Shown here piece after piece: positions 16,274 to 29,039 of a stretch of DNA of 64,000 bases. The first letter of the stretch is position 1; each line of letters starts with the position of its first letter. The position numbers and the translations under genes were made by a program. The notes under the pieces are model-generated. The model was not told the origin of the DNA. It did no database searches and saw nothing but the letters and a program-made list of their open reading frames with translations. Source of the stretch: Octopus vulgaris (lineage: Eukaryota); NCBI GenBank assembly GCA_951406725.2, contig OX597818.1:113832001-113896000 (forward strand), read 5' to 3'.

Positions 16274-16603
16274 AACAGATCAATATTTAAGAGATGAGGA
16301 ATTATATACATTATTTACATTATTTACAGTTGACGGATATTTGTCCTCATCTTGTTTGTTGCTAAGACAACGTTTCGGCTGATATACCTTCCAGCCTTCA
16401 TCAGGTGTCTTGGGGGAATTTCGAACCTGGGTTGTCATTCCTAAGGTATTAACATCGAAAAATGCCTTAGGAATGAGAATCCAGGCTCGAAATTTCCCCA
16501 AGACACCTGATGATGGATGGAGGGTGTATCAGCCGAAATGTTGTGCTAGCAACAAACAAGATGAGGACAAATATCCGTCAAATGTAAATAGTGTAAATAA
16601 TGT
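16274..16603. mobile_element. Penelope-type inverted pLTR element with a minimal hammerhead in each arm, a one-sided tail and an 11-bp TSD
   Basis: Inverted arms about 16307-16450 / 16460-16604. Minus-strand HHR at 16364-16409 (GACAC CTGATGA A GGCTG..CAGCC GAAA CGTT GTCTT) and plus-strand HHR at 16502-16547. About 33 extra nt on the left arm. Direct repeat ACTATCAGTTA at 16263-16273 and 16604-16614. Confidence 0.85.
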
Positions 16604-16694
16604 ACTATCAGTTATAGTCAAAATTCTTTCGCCAGTTAAGTTGGAAAATTCAATCAAATGAGGATTTTATTTTTGCATGCGTCATTCGGTTTAT

Positions 16695-17052
16695 CAGCAT
16701 CTCCCGCCGGTTTTTGCACCCACGGACCAGTTTCATGCAAGACAATTTTCCCATGAACCCCGATATCACGCGTATAAGAAAACACAATAAAGGGCACAAT
16801 ACGTAATTTAATTATTGCATATACAGAATATATATATATATTGACAATCAAGCATCGCGGGTGTAAGGTAGCAGGCGCAGGTGTGGCTGTAAGATAAGAA
16901 GCTTGCTTTCCAACCACATTGTTCCGTGTTCAGTCCCACTGCGTAGCACTTTGGGCAAGTGTCTTCTACTATAGCCTCGGGCCGACCAAATCCTTGTGAG
17001 TAGATTTGGTAGACGGAAACTGAAAGAAGCCCGTCGTATTTATGTATGTGTG

Positions 17053-17112
<60 letters not shown>

Positions 17113-17587
17113 TGTGTGTGTGTGTGTACGTGTGTGTGTGTGTACGTGTGTGTGTGTGTACGTGTGTGTGTGTGTGTAAATAATAATGCTGTTAATTAAC
17201 ATAATCATTTATTTTTACTTCGATTCACCATTAGCATAATTAAAATAATTTAAATGATTTGATAAACTTGTTTTCCTTTTGGTTTGTTTTTCTTCTTCCT
17301 TTAATTTATACCCGTTGACTCGGAAGTAGGCTACGGATCCCCAACCCCCAGCCTCCGTTATGAACTTGGATCCTAGTAGCTTATCAATTAGAGCACTCAC
17401 ACAGGGTACCGGCAGTATATCACCAGTGGCCTAAACCCTTTCTACTATACAAATATATATATAAATATATATAATACAAAAATATACTGCAGACTCCGAT
17501 AGTCAATAAAATACAAATAAAATTTTGAAGAGTATTCTTCCTGTGCGGCCCAGTACACGTCCACAGCCCGGTCGTTGGGAAACTCCG
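16695..17587. mobile_element. hAT/Charlie (MER1-like) MITE with a nested family-A SINE head at about 16873-17036
   Basis: Left end CAGCATCTCCCGCCGGTTTTTGCACCCACGGACCAGTTTCATGCAAGACAATTTTCCC and right end GGCCCAGTACACGTCCACAGCCCGGTCGTTGGGAAACTCCG resemble MER1-type termini as recalled. TSD is not recognisable. Confidence 0.6.
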
Positions 17588-20420
17588 TAGTATATCACGA
17601 TTAACTTATTTATGCGAGCTCTTGCCCATAGAGTTTTTTTGGTTTTTTTTGAGCACATTTTTTAAAACTATAAAACACGGGAATATTTAAAATTATACTC
17701 TATAAATGAGATTAGAGCTTTGTGTTCTCTGGAATATTATCAATAAATCTTTTCACCTGTATTAATAGGTCTAGGAGATGGCTGGTAAAGAGAGGAAAAT
17801 TAGTACAGAGAGAAAGATAAGAAGAGAAAAATGTGAGAGAGGGTGAGAAGAACACCTAAACATTGACAATGAAGCATCGGAGAAAAGATTTACTCTGATG
17901 CTATATTACAATATCGAAGTTACGGTGCCGTTTTTACCAAACATTACGGTCGAGCATGAAATAATCGTATCTAACATAGGTACAAGACCAGACATTTGTT
18001 GTGATGAGCTAGTCCCAACATATTAAAACGATCCCAATACTTGATTGGTACAGCTTTTTAACAACGCTGGAAGAATGAAATGCAAAATTGGCTTCAGTGA
18101 GATTTGAACTCAAAACGTAAAGGATTGTATCTAAATATAGCAACTCATTTTGTCCCATGCTCTACTGATTCTGCCAACACATTATCCTTACGGACATGAA
18201 ACAGTACTCATTTTTAATGCGGGAACATTCTGTTCTGCTACGGTATAACTTATTGCATCGACCTCATTGCCCGAGCGGTACAATTTTAATCCTCTTTACA
18301 GTGGTGAGATAAAATTGAGCTCGGAAAGACTTGAACTCAAAACATAACATGTGTAACTAAATATCACAAGAAGCTAATCACTTTAAGAACCTTAGTTTTT
18401 ATTTCTTGTTTTCTAGGCACACTACCATACACCTGTTTTGTGTTTTCATAACCGAAATAGTTAGCTCTTAATCTCGCTATAAATACGTACTACAGAGTAG
18501 AATTACCTCAAAACAATGGGCTGTAGCGTGCGCGCGCGCACACACACACAGACACACACACATGCGCGCGCGCGCACATATGCATGCATGCATACATACA
18601 TACATACATACATACGTACATACATACATACATTCATACATACATACATACCGATGGGATTTATGTGAAACGAAGTGATGGCAGCAGAGGCATAAGGCCA
18701 GTCCAAACAGGTTTTGAATGCCGCACTGTATCATTTAGACAATGTGAACAGTAAAGAAAGAAATAAGTACATTCCATACATACTCAAAGTGAGATCAACA
18801 ACATCTTCAGAGTTGGAGAAGAATTACTGTGCAGGCACTCTTAGAATACAACTGTCTCATGCGACCCAAAGGAGCCTGGACTGGCCTACCTAAACAGAAG
18901 ATTGGAGGAGAAAAATTCTTCATCTGAGATTCTTATGTGAATAGATGGACACACTTGGGTGTATGTATCGACATATCAACCAATACCCTAACTCAACCAC
19001 ATATTTACAAACACCGTGAACTCTCTTGACTCAAAATGTCTTGTCGCTTTGTTAGTAATAGGCTTGAACTCTCCCAAGTGCAACTTAAATAAAACTCAAA
19101 GAAAAGTCATACATACATTCATATCATTTAATGCACACTGTATAAAGATAAGAGTTGCTAATATTTTCATTCTGGGCAGCTTAGTTTACAGTACATAGAC
19201 TAAAAATAAAAGATGGAAGCCAGAATGAGCTTAATCACGGCTTGTCCGAAAATGTTTGAACAACTGAAACACGCTATCGTTATGACTTTATTAATCTAAT
19301 TCTGTTTAACAATAGTCATTGATACTGCATACTAGCGAGATACACATACTAAAACATACCTACGAAGCCAAACGTAACATATACACTCATTCAAATATGC
19401 ATCACACACCCGCAATACAATTATTCATATAATGAGATTTTGTAATTAAAATTATCTGCAATTAGCCACGTTTAGCTTGAGATTAGGTTCAACAACGCAA
19501 TGATACTGAAGATTTCCTTTGAAGATTTTGTTCTAAGTTTCTTTTGCCCTTTTTCGTGTTTATTGCTTTTGTTGTTAATAATATAGAGTTTAATTGATGT
19601 CTAACAAATTGAGTTGCGTCCTTGGAATATTTACTCTTGAATGAGTTGAGGTCAATAACTGAGATTATTATGGATATTTGTGCGTCATGTCCTCTGCTTC
19701 ATTAGCCTTCATTATAGAGGTCGAGTTAACGAAGGAGCATCTATGTTAGAAAGAGCAATAAAATCTTGTGGATGGATGAATGCTTTTTCGTCATTCGATG
19801 ATGATTAATTCGTTCAATCTACTGAATTAATCTGAGCATTCCAGAGACATGTGCGTAACCTTAATGTAATTCTCAGGAAGAATCAGCGAAACACAGTAAC
19901 AATGTTGTACCTCTGAATTACAGGTGCAATCCATGTAATTCTATACAAAGAGCTTCTATACAATTTCCGTCAATATAATCTTACTTACAAGGTATTGATT
20001 GGCACGAGACTAGGAAATGTGACTATATCTTTAAACTCATGGTTGCGAAGGAAGCTTCTTAATTATTCGAGAAAATAGCGTCTAGAATCCGAGATATGAT
20101 AGAGTTTTAAAAAAGGAGGAGGAGGAGCAGGTGTTGATGGCATGTATTTGGTTAGTTAAGTTTAAAACGTGATATCCTGAAACTTCTTTTACAATAAAGA
20201 TTCAATTCATTGAATTTCCCGTTGTGTCATAGAAAGAATATGAATACACCGACTGTATTAACATATGTCCTTATGTCAGTTTCGAGTTCAGAAAGGAAAT
20301 TCAATAAATTTACAAAATCTATTGTGTGCGGCATTTAGTACATTACCCATTAGCTTTATTTATGTTATTGGCCTTTTGGGGTTATTTTCTTTGCTCTTAA
20401 CCACTACGCCATATGCCCAA

Positions 20421-20491
20421 GGGCATATAGCGTAGTGGTTAAGAGAGCGTGCTACTAACCCCAAGATTCCGCATTCGAATCCAGGCAGTGA

Positions 20492-20541
<50 letters not shown>

Positions 20542-20682
20542 TCGAAAAATACCTTAGGAATTAGAACCAAGGCTCGAAATTTCCCCAAGAAACCTGATGA
20601 AGGCTAGAGGGCATACCAGCCGAAACGTTATGTTAACAACAAATAGGATGAGGACAAATTTCCGTCAATTGTACATAATATA
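20421..20682 (+). mobile_element. tRNA-headed SINE-like element ending in a Penelope-type hammerhead module
   Basis: tRNA-like head 20421-20493 (A box TAGCGTAGTGG, B box ATTCGAATCC), then an (AAT)n spacer, then the same module as the 16.3-kb arms, with CTGATGA at 20594-20600 and GAAACGTT at 20622-20629. A partial inverted head lies at 20394-20418. Confidence 0.8.
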
Positions 20683-20788
20683 CTAATTATGCTCCAACGT
20701 TTGTTTGTTGCTCATTTTTGTTGCTTTTATGTTTATTTTATATATTATTATATATTATTATATATATATTATTTTAAATATTATTATG

Positions 20789-20953
20789 GGCGCAGGAATG
20801 GCTGTGTGGTAAGTAGTTTGTTTACCAACCACATGATTCCGGGTTCATTCCCACTGCGTGGCATCTTGGGCAAGTGTCTTCTGCTATAGCCTCGGGCCGA
20901 CCAATGCCTTGTGAGTGGATTTGGTAGACGGAAACTAAAAGAAGCCTGTCGTA

Positions 20954-21032
<79 letters not shown>

Positions 21033-21250
21033 CTATATGTTTGTGTGTCTGTATTTGTCCCCTAGCATTGCTTGACAACCGATGCTGGTGTGTTTACATC
21101 CCCGTCACTTAGCGGTTCGGCAACAGAGACCGATAGAATAAGTACTGGGCTTACAAAGAATAAGTCCCGGGGTCGATTTGCTCGACTAAAAGGCGGTGCT
21201 CCAGCAAGGCCGCAGTCAAATGACTGAAACAAGTAAAAGAGTAAAGAGTA
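20789..21250 (+). mobile_element. Complete tRNA-derived SINE, family A
   Basis: GGCGCAGGAATGGCTGTGTGGTAAG...GGTTCATTCC Pol III head, conserved body, internal (TA)n and a GAGTAAA-type tail. Many copies occur in the window. Confidence 0.9.
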
Positions 21251-22341
21251 TAATAATTTTGAAACTGCGGGAACATGAAAAGCAGATTAGGCTAAAAAAA
21301 ATTTATTTTTTATTTATTTTGTAACAAAATCAGCTTACAGATCTGCGGCATCCGTGACATTGTTCTATCCTGACGATGTCAAACAGAACAAATCATATGA
21401 CCATTGTTCTTTTTGAGCGCTAACAATGTTTAAAGTGTTATTTCTTTAAACAGATACATTAGCTCAATAAATTTATTCCCAACTTCTTAAAAGTAAATAC
21501 CCTTCTCTTTCAGATTCCTTATCAATTAATGTCATTTTGTTTTCAGATTTCAAATCAGCAAAAAGGTGGATTAATAAATTCAAGCAGTTATCTACAAAAC
21601 ATGAAATTAAGCGAACTTGGTCAACTACATCAAAATATCAGATACCTATAGATTCAAATAGAATTAACATCCAAGGTAATTCCTCGTATATGATAAGTAA
21701 ATCTAAATATCGCTTAAAAGAAATTCAAGAAATCCTGAATGTATAACAATATGAACAAGAATTGAGATATCACATCATTCATTGATGGTTACACCATCTA
21801 TTATTGACGATCGCTTATACTGTGCCAGTATATTTAGATATAGATAAAACGTAAAAATTATTTCCGTTAAACTAATATATTCCAAAATTTATGCTTACAC
21901 AATATTATCAAGGTAACCCAAAGCAAGTTCAATTCAAAGCAAACTGAAAAGAACATATATGATACATGAACGCATACAAAAAGAACATTCGAGAAAAACA
22001 ATATTCTCAGAAAAACCAAAACTCGTAATGACGTCAGTTGATATCGAAAGAATAAAATTATGTATGATATAATCAATTAAAAATGCGAATTTCTTCATTC
22101 TTGTTGATATCAGTACATACATACATACATACATATATACATACAGACATACACACACATAAATACATATCTATCTATCTATATTATATACATATATATA
22201 TATATATGTGTGTGTGTATGTATATATATATATATACACGCACACACACACACACACACATAAATAAACACATAAATGCAATACAAGGCGCAAAAAATAG
22301 TACTCGAATATCGGAGATAGAGTAGTATGCTTTTTTTTTCC

Positions 22342-22517
22342 ATTAAAGCTGCAAAAACATCACAAAAACTGTTACTCAGAGTTTCACGTTCCCGTTCGTC
22401 GAACAGTTGTGATCAAGAGTGGAATAAAATTTTATTTCAAACTTGATCACTACTGTCCGACGAACAAGAATGTGAAACTCTAAGTAACGATTTTTGTGAT
22501 GTTTTTGCAGCTTTAAT
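22342..22517. mobile_element. Inverted-repeat element with a YCGACGA-core hammerhead in each arm
   Basis: Minus 22368-22407: ACTGT TCGACGA ACG-GGAA-CGT GAAA CTC-T-GAG TA ACAGT. Plus 22452-22491: ACTGT CCGACGA ACA-AGAA-TGT GAAA CTCTAAG TA ACGAT. Partial copies at about 40420-40473 and 41620-41690. Confidence 0.8.
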
Positions 22518-22632
22518 TTTAAAAATGTTTATATAATATATATATAGAAGAATATATTAATCAGTAAAATTCCAACTAAGGCTGGTTTTCACATTTTATT
22601 ATTTGCAACTGTTACAATAATATAATATAGTA

Positions 22633-22713
<81 letters not shown>

Positions 22714-22988
22714 TGTATGTATGTATGTATGTATGTATAGTTAAATATATATACATACACACATGTATATATATATATGTGTGTGTGTATATATGTATAT
22801 ATATACATACGTGTGTGTGTGTGTGTGTGTGTCTATGTGTGTGTGTGTGTGTGTGTTTAAGTATTTATGCATATCATATATTATTGTAAAAATTGCAAAT
22901 AATAAAACGTGAAAATCAGGCTTAATCGGAGGTTCATTGATAAATATATTCTTATAAACACAATCGTTCAAACTCAGATATGTATATG

Positions 22989-23060
<72 letters not shown>

Positions 23061-23109
23061 TATGAGTTTGAACGATTGTGTATAGAAGAATATATTTATC
23101 AATGAACTG

Positions 23110-23147
<38 letters not shown>

Positions 23148-23480
23148 GGCGCAGGCGTGGCTGTGTAGTAAGAAGCTTGCTTCCCAACCACATGATTCCG
23201 GGTTCAGTCCCATGGTGTGGCACCACGGGCAAGTGTCTTCTACTATAGGCACGGATCGACCAAAGCCTTATGAGTGAATTTCGAGGACGGAAACTGAAAG
23301 AAGCCTGTCGCATATGTATGTATATATTAATGTTTGTGTGTTTGTATGTGCGTGTGTGTGTGTGCGCGCCTGTGCTTGTCACCACCATCACCGCTTGAAA
23401 ACCGATGTTGGTGTATTTATGTCCCCCAAAAAAGACCGATAAAATAGGTATTAGGCTTTAAAAAATAAACCTGGAATCGA
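23148..23480 (+). mobile_element. tRNA-derived SINE, family A
   Basis: GGCGCAGGCGTGGCTGTGTAGTAAGAAGCTTGC head and body similar to the 20789 copy. Confidence 0.85.
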
Positions 23481-23703
23481 TCTGTTCTATATATAGTTGA
23501 AATTTATAGAAACACATAAGACGAAGACAGGTGTTTACACAACAAACAGGTATTAGTTTGACGCTCGCGAAGGTGAGAAAGCCCTTTACGTTTCGAGCCT
23601 ATGGTCTTCAACAGAAAGGAATACGAGGAAACAACAGAGAGAGAATAAAACACAAACTTGTGGATTTAAAGTTCAATTATGATATATTATATATATATAT
23701 ATA

Positions 23704-23779
23704 CAGGGATAGCCATAAGTCGCTTTACCCATTTAAAAAAAAAAAAAGAAATAGGTAAAGCAACTTATGGCTATTCCTT
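23704..23779. mobile_element. About 76-bp Tc1/mariner-type MITE
   Basis: TA-CAGGGATAGCCATAAGTCGCTTTACC ... GGTAAAGCAACTTATGGCTATTCC inverted termini around an A-rich spacer. Confidence 0.7.
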
Positions 23780-23945
23780 TATATACATACATACATACAT
23801 ACATACACACACGATTGAATGGGAAAACGAAGGGCATTGATACTCGAAGCATTAGGTAGGGGTTGCATATAATATTTAATAACATGGAGCTGAGTCAAAC
23901 CTTTATAAAATTCTCCCTCTCTCTAACATATGTGTGTTAGCGTGT

Positions 23946-24048
<103 letters not shown>

Positions 24049-24251
24049 AGTGTGTGTGTGAATAAATGTTTGCTTTTATTGAGTGATAATACTATTTTGT
24101 GGGGAAGGGACTAGTTGATTACTTCGACCCCTAAACGATGAAAAGCAAAGTTGACATTGGCGGTATTTGAAGACAGAAAGTAAAGACGGACGAAATACCG
24201 CCAAGCATTTGGTCCGGCGTGCTAAGAATTTTAACCAGCTCGGCGCCTCTG

Positions 24252-24392
24252 AGTTACAATAAAAACAATTTTACACTAAAAAACAATAGTTACAATAAAA
24301 AACAATTTTACACTAAAAAACAATAGTTACAATAAAAAACAATTTTACACTAAAAAACCAATAGTTACAATAAAAAACAATTTTACACTAAA
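24252..24392. repeat. About 35-bp minisatellite, four units
   Basis: AGTTACAATAAAAAACAATTTTACACTAAAAAACAAT repeated in tandem. Confidence 0.9.
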
Positions 24393-24776
24393 ATGAAGGA
24401 GTTCTCGATACTTTCTTTGGAGTACATATTCATTATACTTTAACATTAATAATACTTGACATTCGACGTTATCTCAAATGTTGCACAGTCAGACGAATGC
24501 AATCCCATAATCACTCATCGCCGAAAGTATTTACTCTTTATACATACATACATACATATGTATGTATCGATTATACAGTACTCCAGCATGGTCCTTTTAG
24601 GCGAAAACGTATAAAAGAATATACATAACTAGTAAACACATCGTAACCCGCTCTCGCATGAGCAATAATAACGAATATATATACATGCATACATATATCT
24701 ATATATATTTCTATATATATACATACATATATATATAGTAGAAATATGCTACAAAAAGAAAATATAAAATATAATA

Positions 24777-24825
<49 letters not shown>

Positions 24826-24881
24826 CACATGCACACACATATACACAGACATATATATGCTACAGATATATTATAAACTAT

Positions 24882-25208
24882 ATTAAACTTTGATCTGAGA
24901 TCGTGTGCTGAAACAAAAACAATTACAGCATGGAAGGTGTTTATAAACCATTTAAAAACACACAAAAACCATTAGATTCACTTCAACATTTAAATTTGAT
25001 TTGTCAAAATATTTTCGTCGCTTAGATACAACGACTTGCTCAGTGACAAAATTCCGTAAGATGCGGCACGATATTTTGTCAGTGAACAGGTCGCAGTCAC
25101 AAAGCGACGAAAATATTTTGGCAAATTAAATTTAAATGTTGAAGTGAATCTAACGGTTTTTGTGAGTTTTTAAATGGCTTCTAAACACCTTCCACGTTGC
25201 AATTGTTT
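24882..25208. mobile_element. Inverted-repeat element with G3:C8-variant hammerheads and a one-sided tail of about 35 nt
   Basis: Arms about 24917-25053 / 25073-25208. Plus 25075-25125: TTTGTCA GTGAACA G GTCGC..GCGAC GAAA ATAT TT TGGCAAA. Minus 25000-25050: TTTGTCA CTGAGCA A GTCGT..GCGAC GAAA ATAT TT TGACAAA. Confidence 0.8.
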
Positions 25209-25424
25209 ATATATATATATTTGTATTTATGCATATATACAGATATATACAGAGAGTTGGAGGTGAAAGAATATATATGCAATTTATACATACACACGTA
25301 TGTGTGTCTGTGTGTGCATGTATGAATATATGCGTGTGTGTGTATGTACATATACATTCATATATATGTATATGTATATATATATGTATATGTATATATA
25401 TGTATATGTATGTATATATATGTA

Positions 25425-25470
<46 letters not shown>

Positions 25471-25499
25471 TATATATATATATATATGTATATACATAG

Positions 25500-25539
<40 letters not shown>

Positions 25540-25545
25540 CATAGA

Positions 25546-25583
<38 letters not shown>

Positions 25584-25589
25584 CATAGA

Positions 25590-25639
<50 letters not shown>

Positions 25640-25929
25640 AACGTGGAGTAGATGAAACAGTGACAAATATTTCGTTGTTCGAAAAATAAGTTCGTTTTAT
25701 GTTTTTGTTTTTATGTTTTCGTTTCTCATTGTGGTCAACATTTTTTTGATGTCCTGTACCCATATATGCATGTATATTATACATATATATGTAGGTATGT
25801 ACATATATCTATGTATATATGCATATATTTATATACTCTTTATATTATTATATAGATATATATGTATATAAATATATGTATATGTATATATATATGTACA
25901 TGTATATATATATGTTTATATGTAAATAC

Positions 25930-25974
<45 letters not shown>

Positions 25975-26088
25975 TGTATGTATGTATACACACATTATAT
26001 ATATATATATATATACATATATATACATATATATTTACATATGCATATATATATATATACATATATATACATATATATTTACATATGC

Positions 26089-26141
<53 letters not shown>

Positions 26142-26190
26142 CGTATTTACATATAAACATATATATATATACACGTACAGATATATATAG

Positions 26191-26255
<65 letters not shown>

Positions 26256-27557
26256 CAGGGTGTTCAATTTAAAAGTTGACTCAATTGCATTTATTAATAG
26301 TTATAAAGAATGTGCAATATTATGGACAAACTTACTTTTATTAACATGCTGATTTAAAAGTTACAACGTCAAACTGGTTACAAAATGTGTTGAAATTGTT
26401 GGCCTCCACGTTGTAGACAAGTCAACACGACGACGATTGTTCTGGAACACATTAATCAAAACTTCACGTAGGATATTTTGGACAATATCCTGTAATATCC
26501 ATACACAGTTCATCAAGTGTATGCGGATTCTTTGCAAACACAGCGTCCTTGATATAACCGAATAAATAGAAATCGAGAGGCATTAAGTCTGGCGATCTGG
26601 GTGGCCAGAGGCCTTTCGTGATCAACCTGTCGTAAGTGAAACAAAGTGTGGGTTTTTTAACATGGCATGTTGCTGAGTCCTATTGAAGCCATGCATTACT
26701 TTTTTCATTCTCAGTTAGCTGCTCAACAAACTGGTCAATTATCTCACAATAACGTTCCGAATTCAAGGCTTCTTGGGGGAAAAAAATCAGTCCTACTATT
26801 CTTCGCCTGCTGATAGCCATCCATACAACAATCTTCACTGCATGTGAGGGGGATTCGACAAACTCATGAGGATTCACAGCACTCCAGATGCGAGTGTTTT
26901 GCGAATTTAGGTATCCCGATAGGTGAATCCAAACCTCATCATTGAAGAAGTTCATGTTAAGTTGGTTGCCATCCATCTTTTCTTGAAACCATTTGCAGTA
27001 ATCCAATCTTTTGGTAAAATCAGCAGGAATAAGTTCATATAAAGAACACACATGGTATGGGTACAATTTCAGCAATTTGCGAAGAGCAGTATGGCAGCTG
27101 CCATCAGATAATCCAGTTTCATGAGACAAACGTTACACAGATTTCCTAGGACTGCGAAGAATTCATTGACATATATCCTCCACAACATCATCAGAAAGGA
27201 TGGTAAGTCGGCGAACGTGTTTCCTGTCTTCAATTGAGTCCGTCTTCCTAAATCAGAACATTAATCACCTGCTTTGTTCGCGGAGGCACATTTAGATATT
27301 TGCTCTTAAAATTGGTAACACAATTGTCAATGGAATAAATCCATCGCCAATTGATAAAATGTCGTGATCTGAAATAAGATTCCACAATAAATGAACGTTG
27401 CTGCACCGATAACAATATTACGAATCCAGAAGAAGACTCGAATGAATGCGTTACACTTGTAAAAAGGCTAAAATCAATTTGGCATAGCGAGCCAATCAGA
27501 AAGAGCCAATATTTTGACAGATAATCAATTGAGTGAACTTTTTAATTGAACACCCTG
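26256..27557 (-). mobile_element. Full-length decayed Tc1/mariner-superfamily element (DDxD, maT/rosa-like)
   Basis: TIRs CAGGGTGTTCAATT..AAAAGTT at both ends with TA TSDs. Transposase remnants FFNDEVWIHLSGYLNSQNTRIWS, KIVVWMAIS and WPPRSPDLMPLDFYLFGYIKD, with stops and frameshifts. Confidence 0.92.
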
Positions 27558-27699
27558 TATACATATATATATAAATACACACACAAACACACACGCGCAC
27601 ACATATATGTATAAATATATATAGCAATTTATATACATATACATATGTATATGTATATATATGTACATGCATATATATGTATATATGTACATGTATATA

Positions 27700-27742
<43 letters not shown>

Positions 27743-28319
27743 ATATATACATATATAAGCATGTACATATATTTATATATGTACATACATATATACATAT
27801 GTATATACACCCACATATATATATATACAAATATATATATATATTTACACACGCACACACATATATATACATATATATATATATATATACATGTATATTC
27901 AACCTGTGTGTGTGTTTGTGTGTGCGTACATTCATGTATTTATATACATGGTGAATCTATTAAATGTGAAAGAATCAAAGTAAAACTATTAAAAGTAAAA
28001 CAATATATAAGTGAAACTACTTATAACTTACCCCGTCGAAGGTTTAACCTTTATTTGAGTTTTGTGACGTAATACAGAACCAGGGCCAATGCTGCATTGT
28101 TTTAATCCCCCAAAATTATATGTTGACACTCCCGGGGTATGATAGTATTACCATGTATAATTTGATTTGATTTGGTTCAGACGTTTGAGAATGCATTGGG
28201 AACATATAGAGAGACAAAGGATTTTATATATATATATAATATATACATAGATGTATGTATATGCATATATATATATTCTTTTTGTTTCAGTCATTTGACT
28301 GCGGCCATGCTGGAGCACC

Positions 28320-28382
<63 letters not shown>

Positions 28383-28386
<4 letters not shown>

Positions 28387-28697
28387 TAAATTAGAGATAA
28401 AACCACTATTAGGCAAATCAAACAGTGAAAATCATAAGCCAAAACATAGAAATAAAATTGATTAAAAAATATAAAATATAAAATATAAAAATCCAATTAA
28501 AATATTTAAATTAAAGTTAACATTTTTTAAAATTATTAAATTATTTTAAAAAATTTTAACTTTAATTTAAATATTTTAATTGGATTTTTATCTTTTATAT
28601 TTTTTATATATTTTTTAATTAATATCATTTCTATGTATTGGCTTATGATTTTCACTGTTTGATTTGCCTAATAGTGGTTTTATCCCTAATTTAATAT
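28383..28697. repeat. AT-rich long inverted repeat (one arm recurs at about 55690-55782)
   Basis: ATATTAAATTAGAGATAAAACCACTATTAGGCAAATCAAACAGTGAAAATCATAAGCC is mirrored by GGCTTATGATTTTCACTGTTTGATTTGCCTAATAGTGGTTTTATCCCTAATTTAATAT. Confidence 0.85.
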
Positions 28698-28793
28698 AAT
28701 ATATATTTATACTATAAAATTAGATTTAATCCTAAATCTAATTTTTCCCTGTAAGTTTGGATTTACTCCCGAATATTATTATTAATTTATATA

Positions 28794-28845
<52 letters not shown>

Positions 28846-29039
28846 TGTACATATAGATTTCTTTCTAATAGATTAAGAGCCGGTTTCTAACCTAGATGCA
28901 AGGCTCCTTCATTGGAATTTCAACATCAACAACAGGGTATTTTTCTATGTATGTATGTATGTATGTATGTATGTGTATGTATGTATGTATGTATGTATGT
29001 ATGTATGTATGTATGTATGTATGCATGCATGTATACGTG

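Noticed and set aside
20421-20493. Functional tRNA gene (also 44075-44148)
   Set aside because: The acceptor stem does not pair properly and the sequence continues into a repeat body, so it is a SINE head.
24252-24392. CRISPR-like array
   Set aside because: Contiguous units without unique spacers, eukaryotic context and no cas genes.
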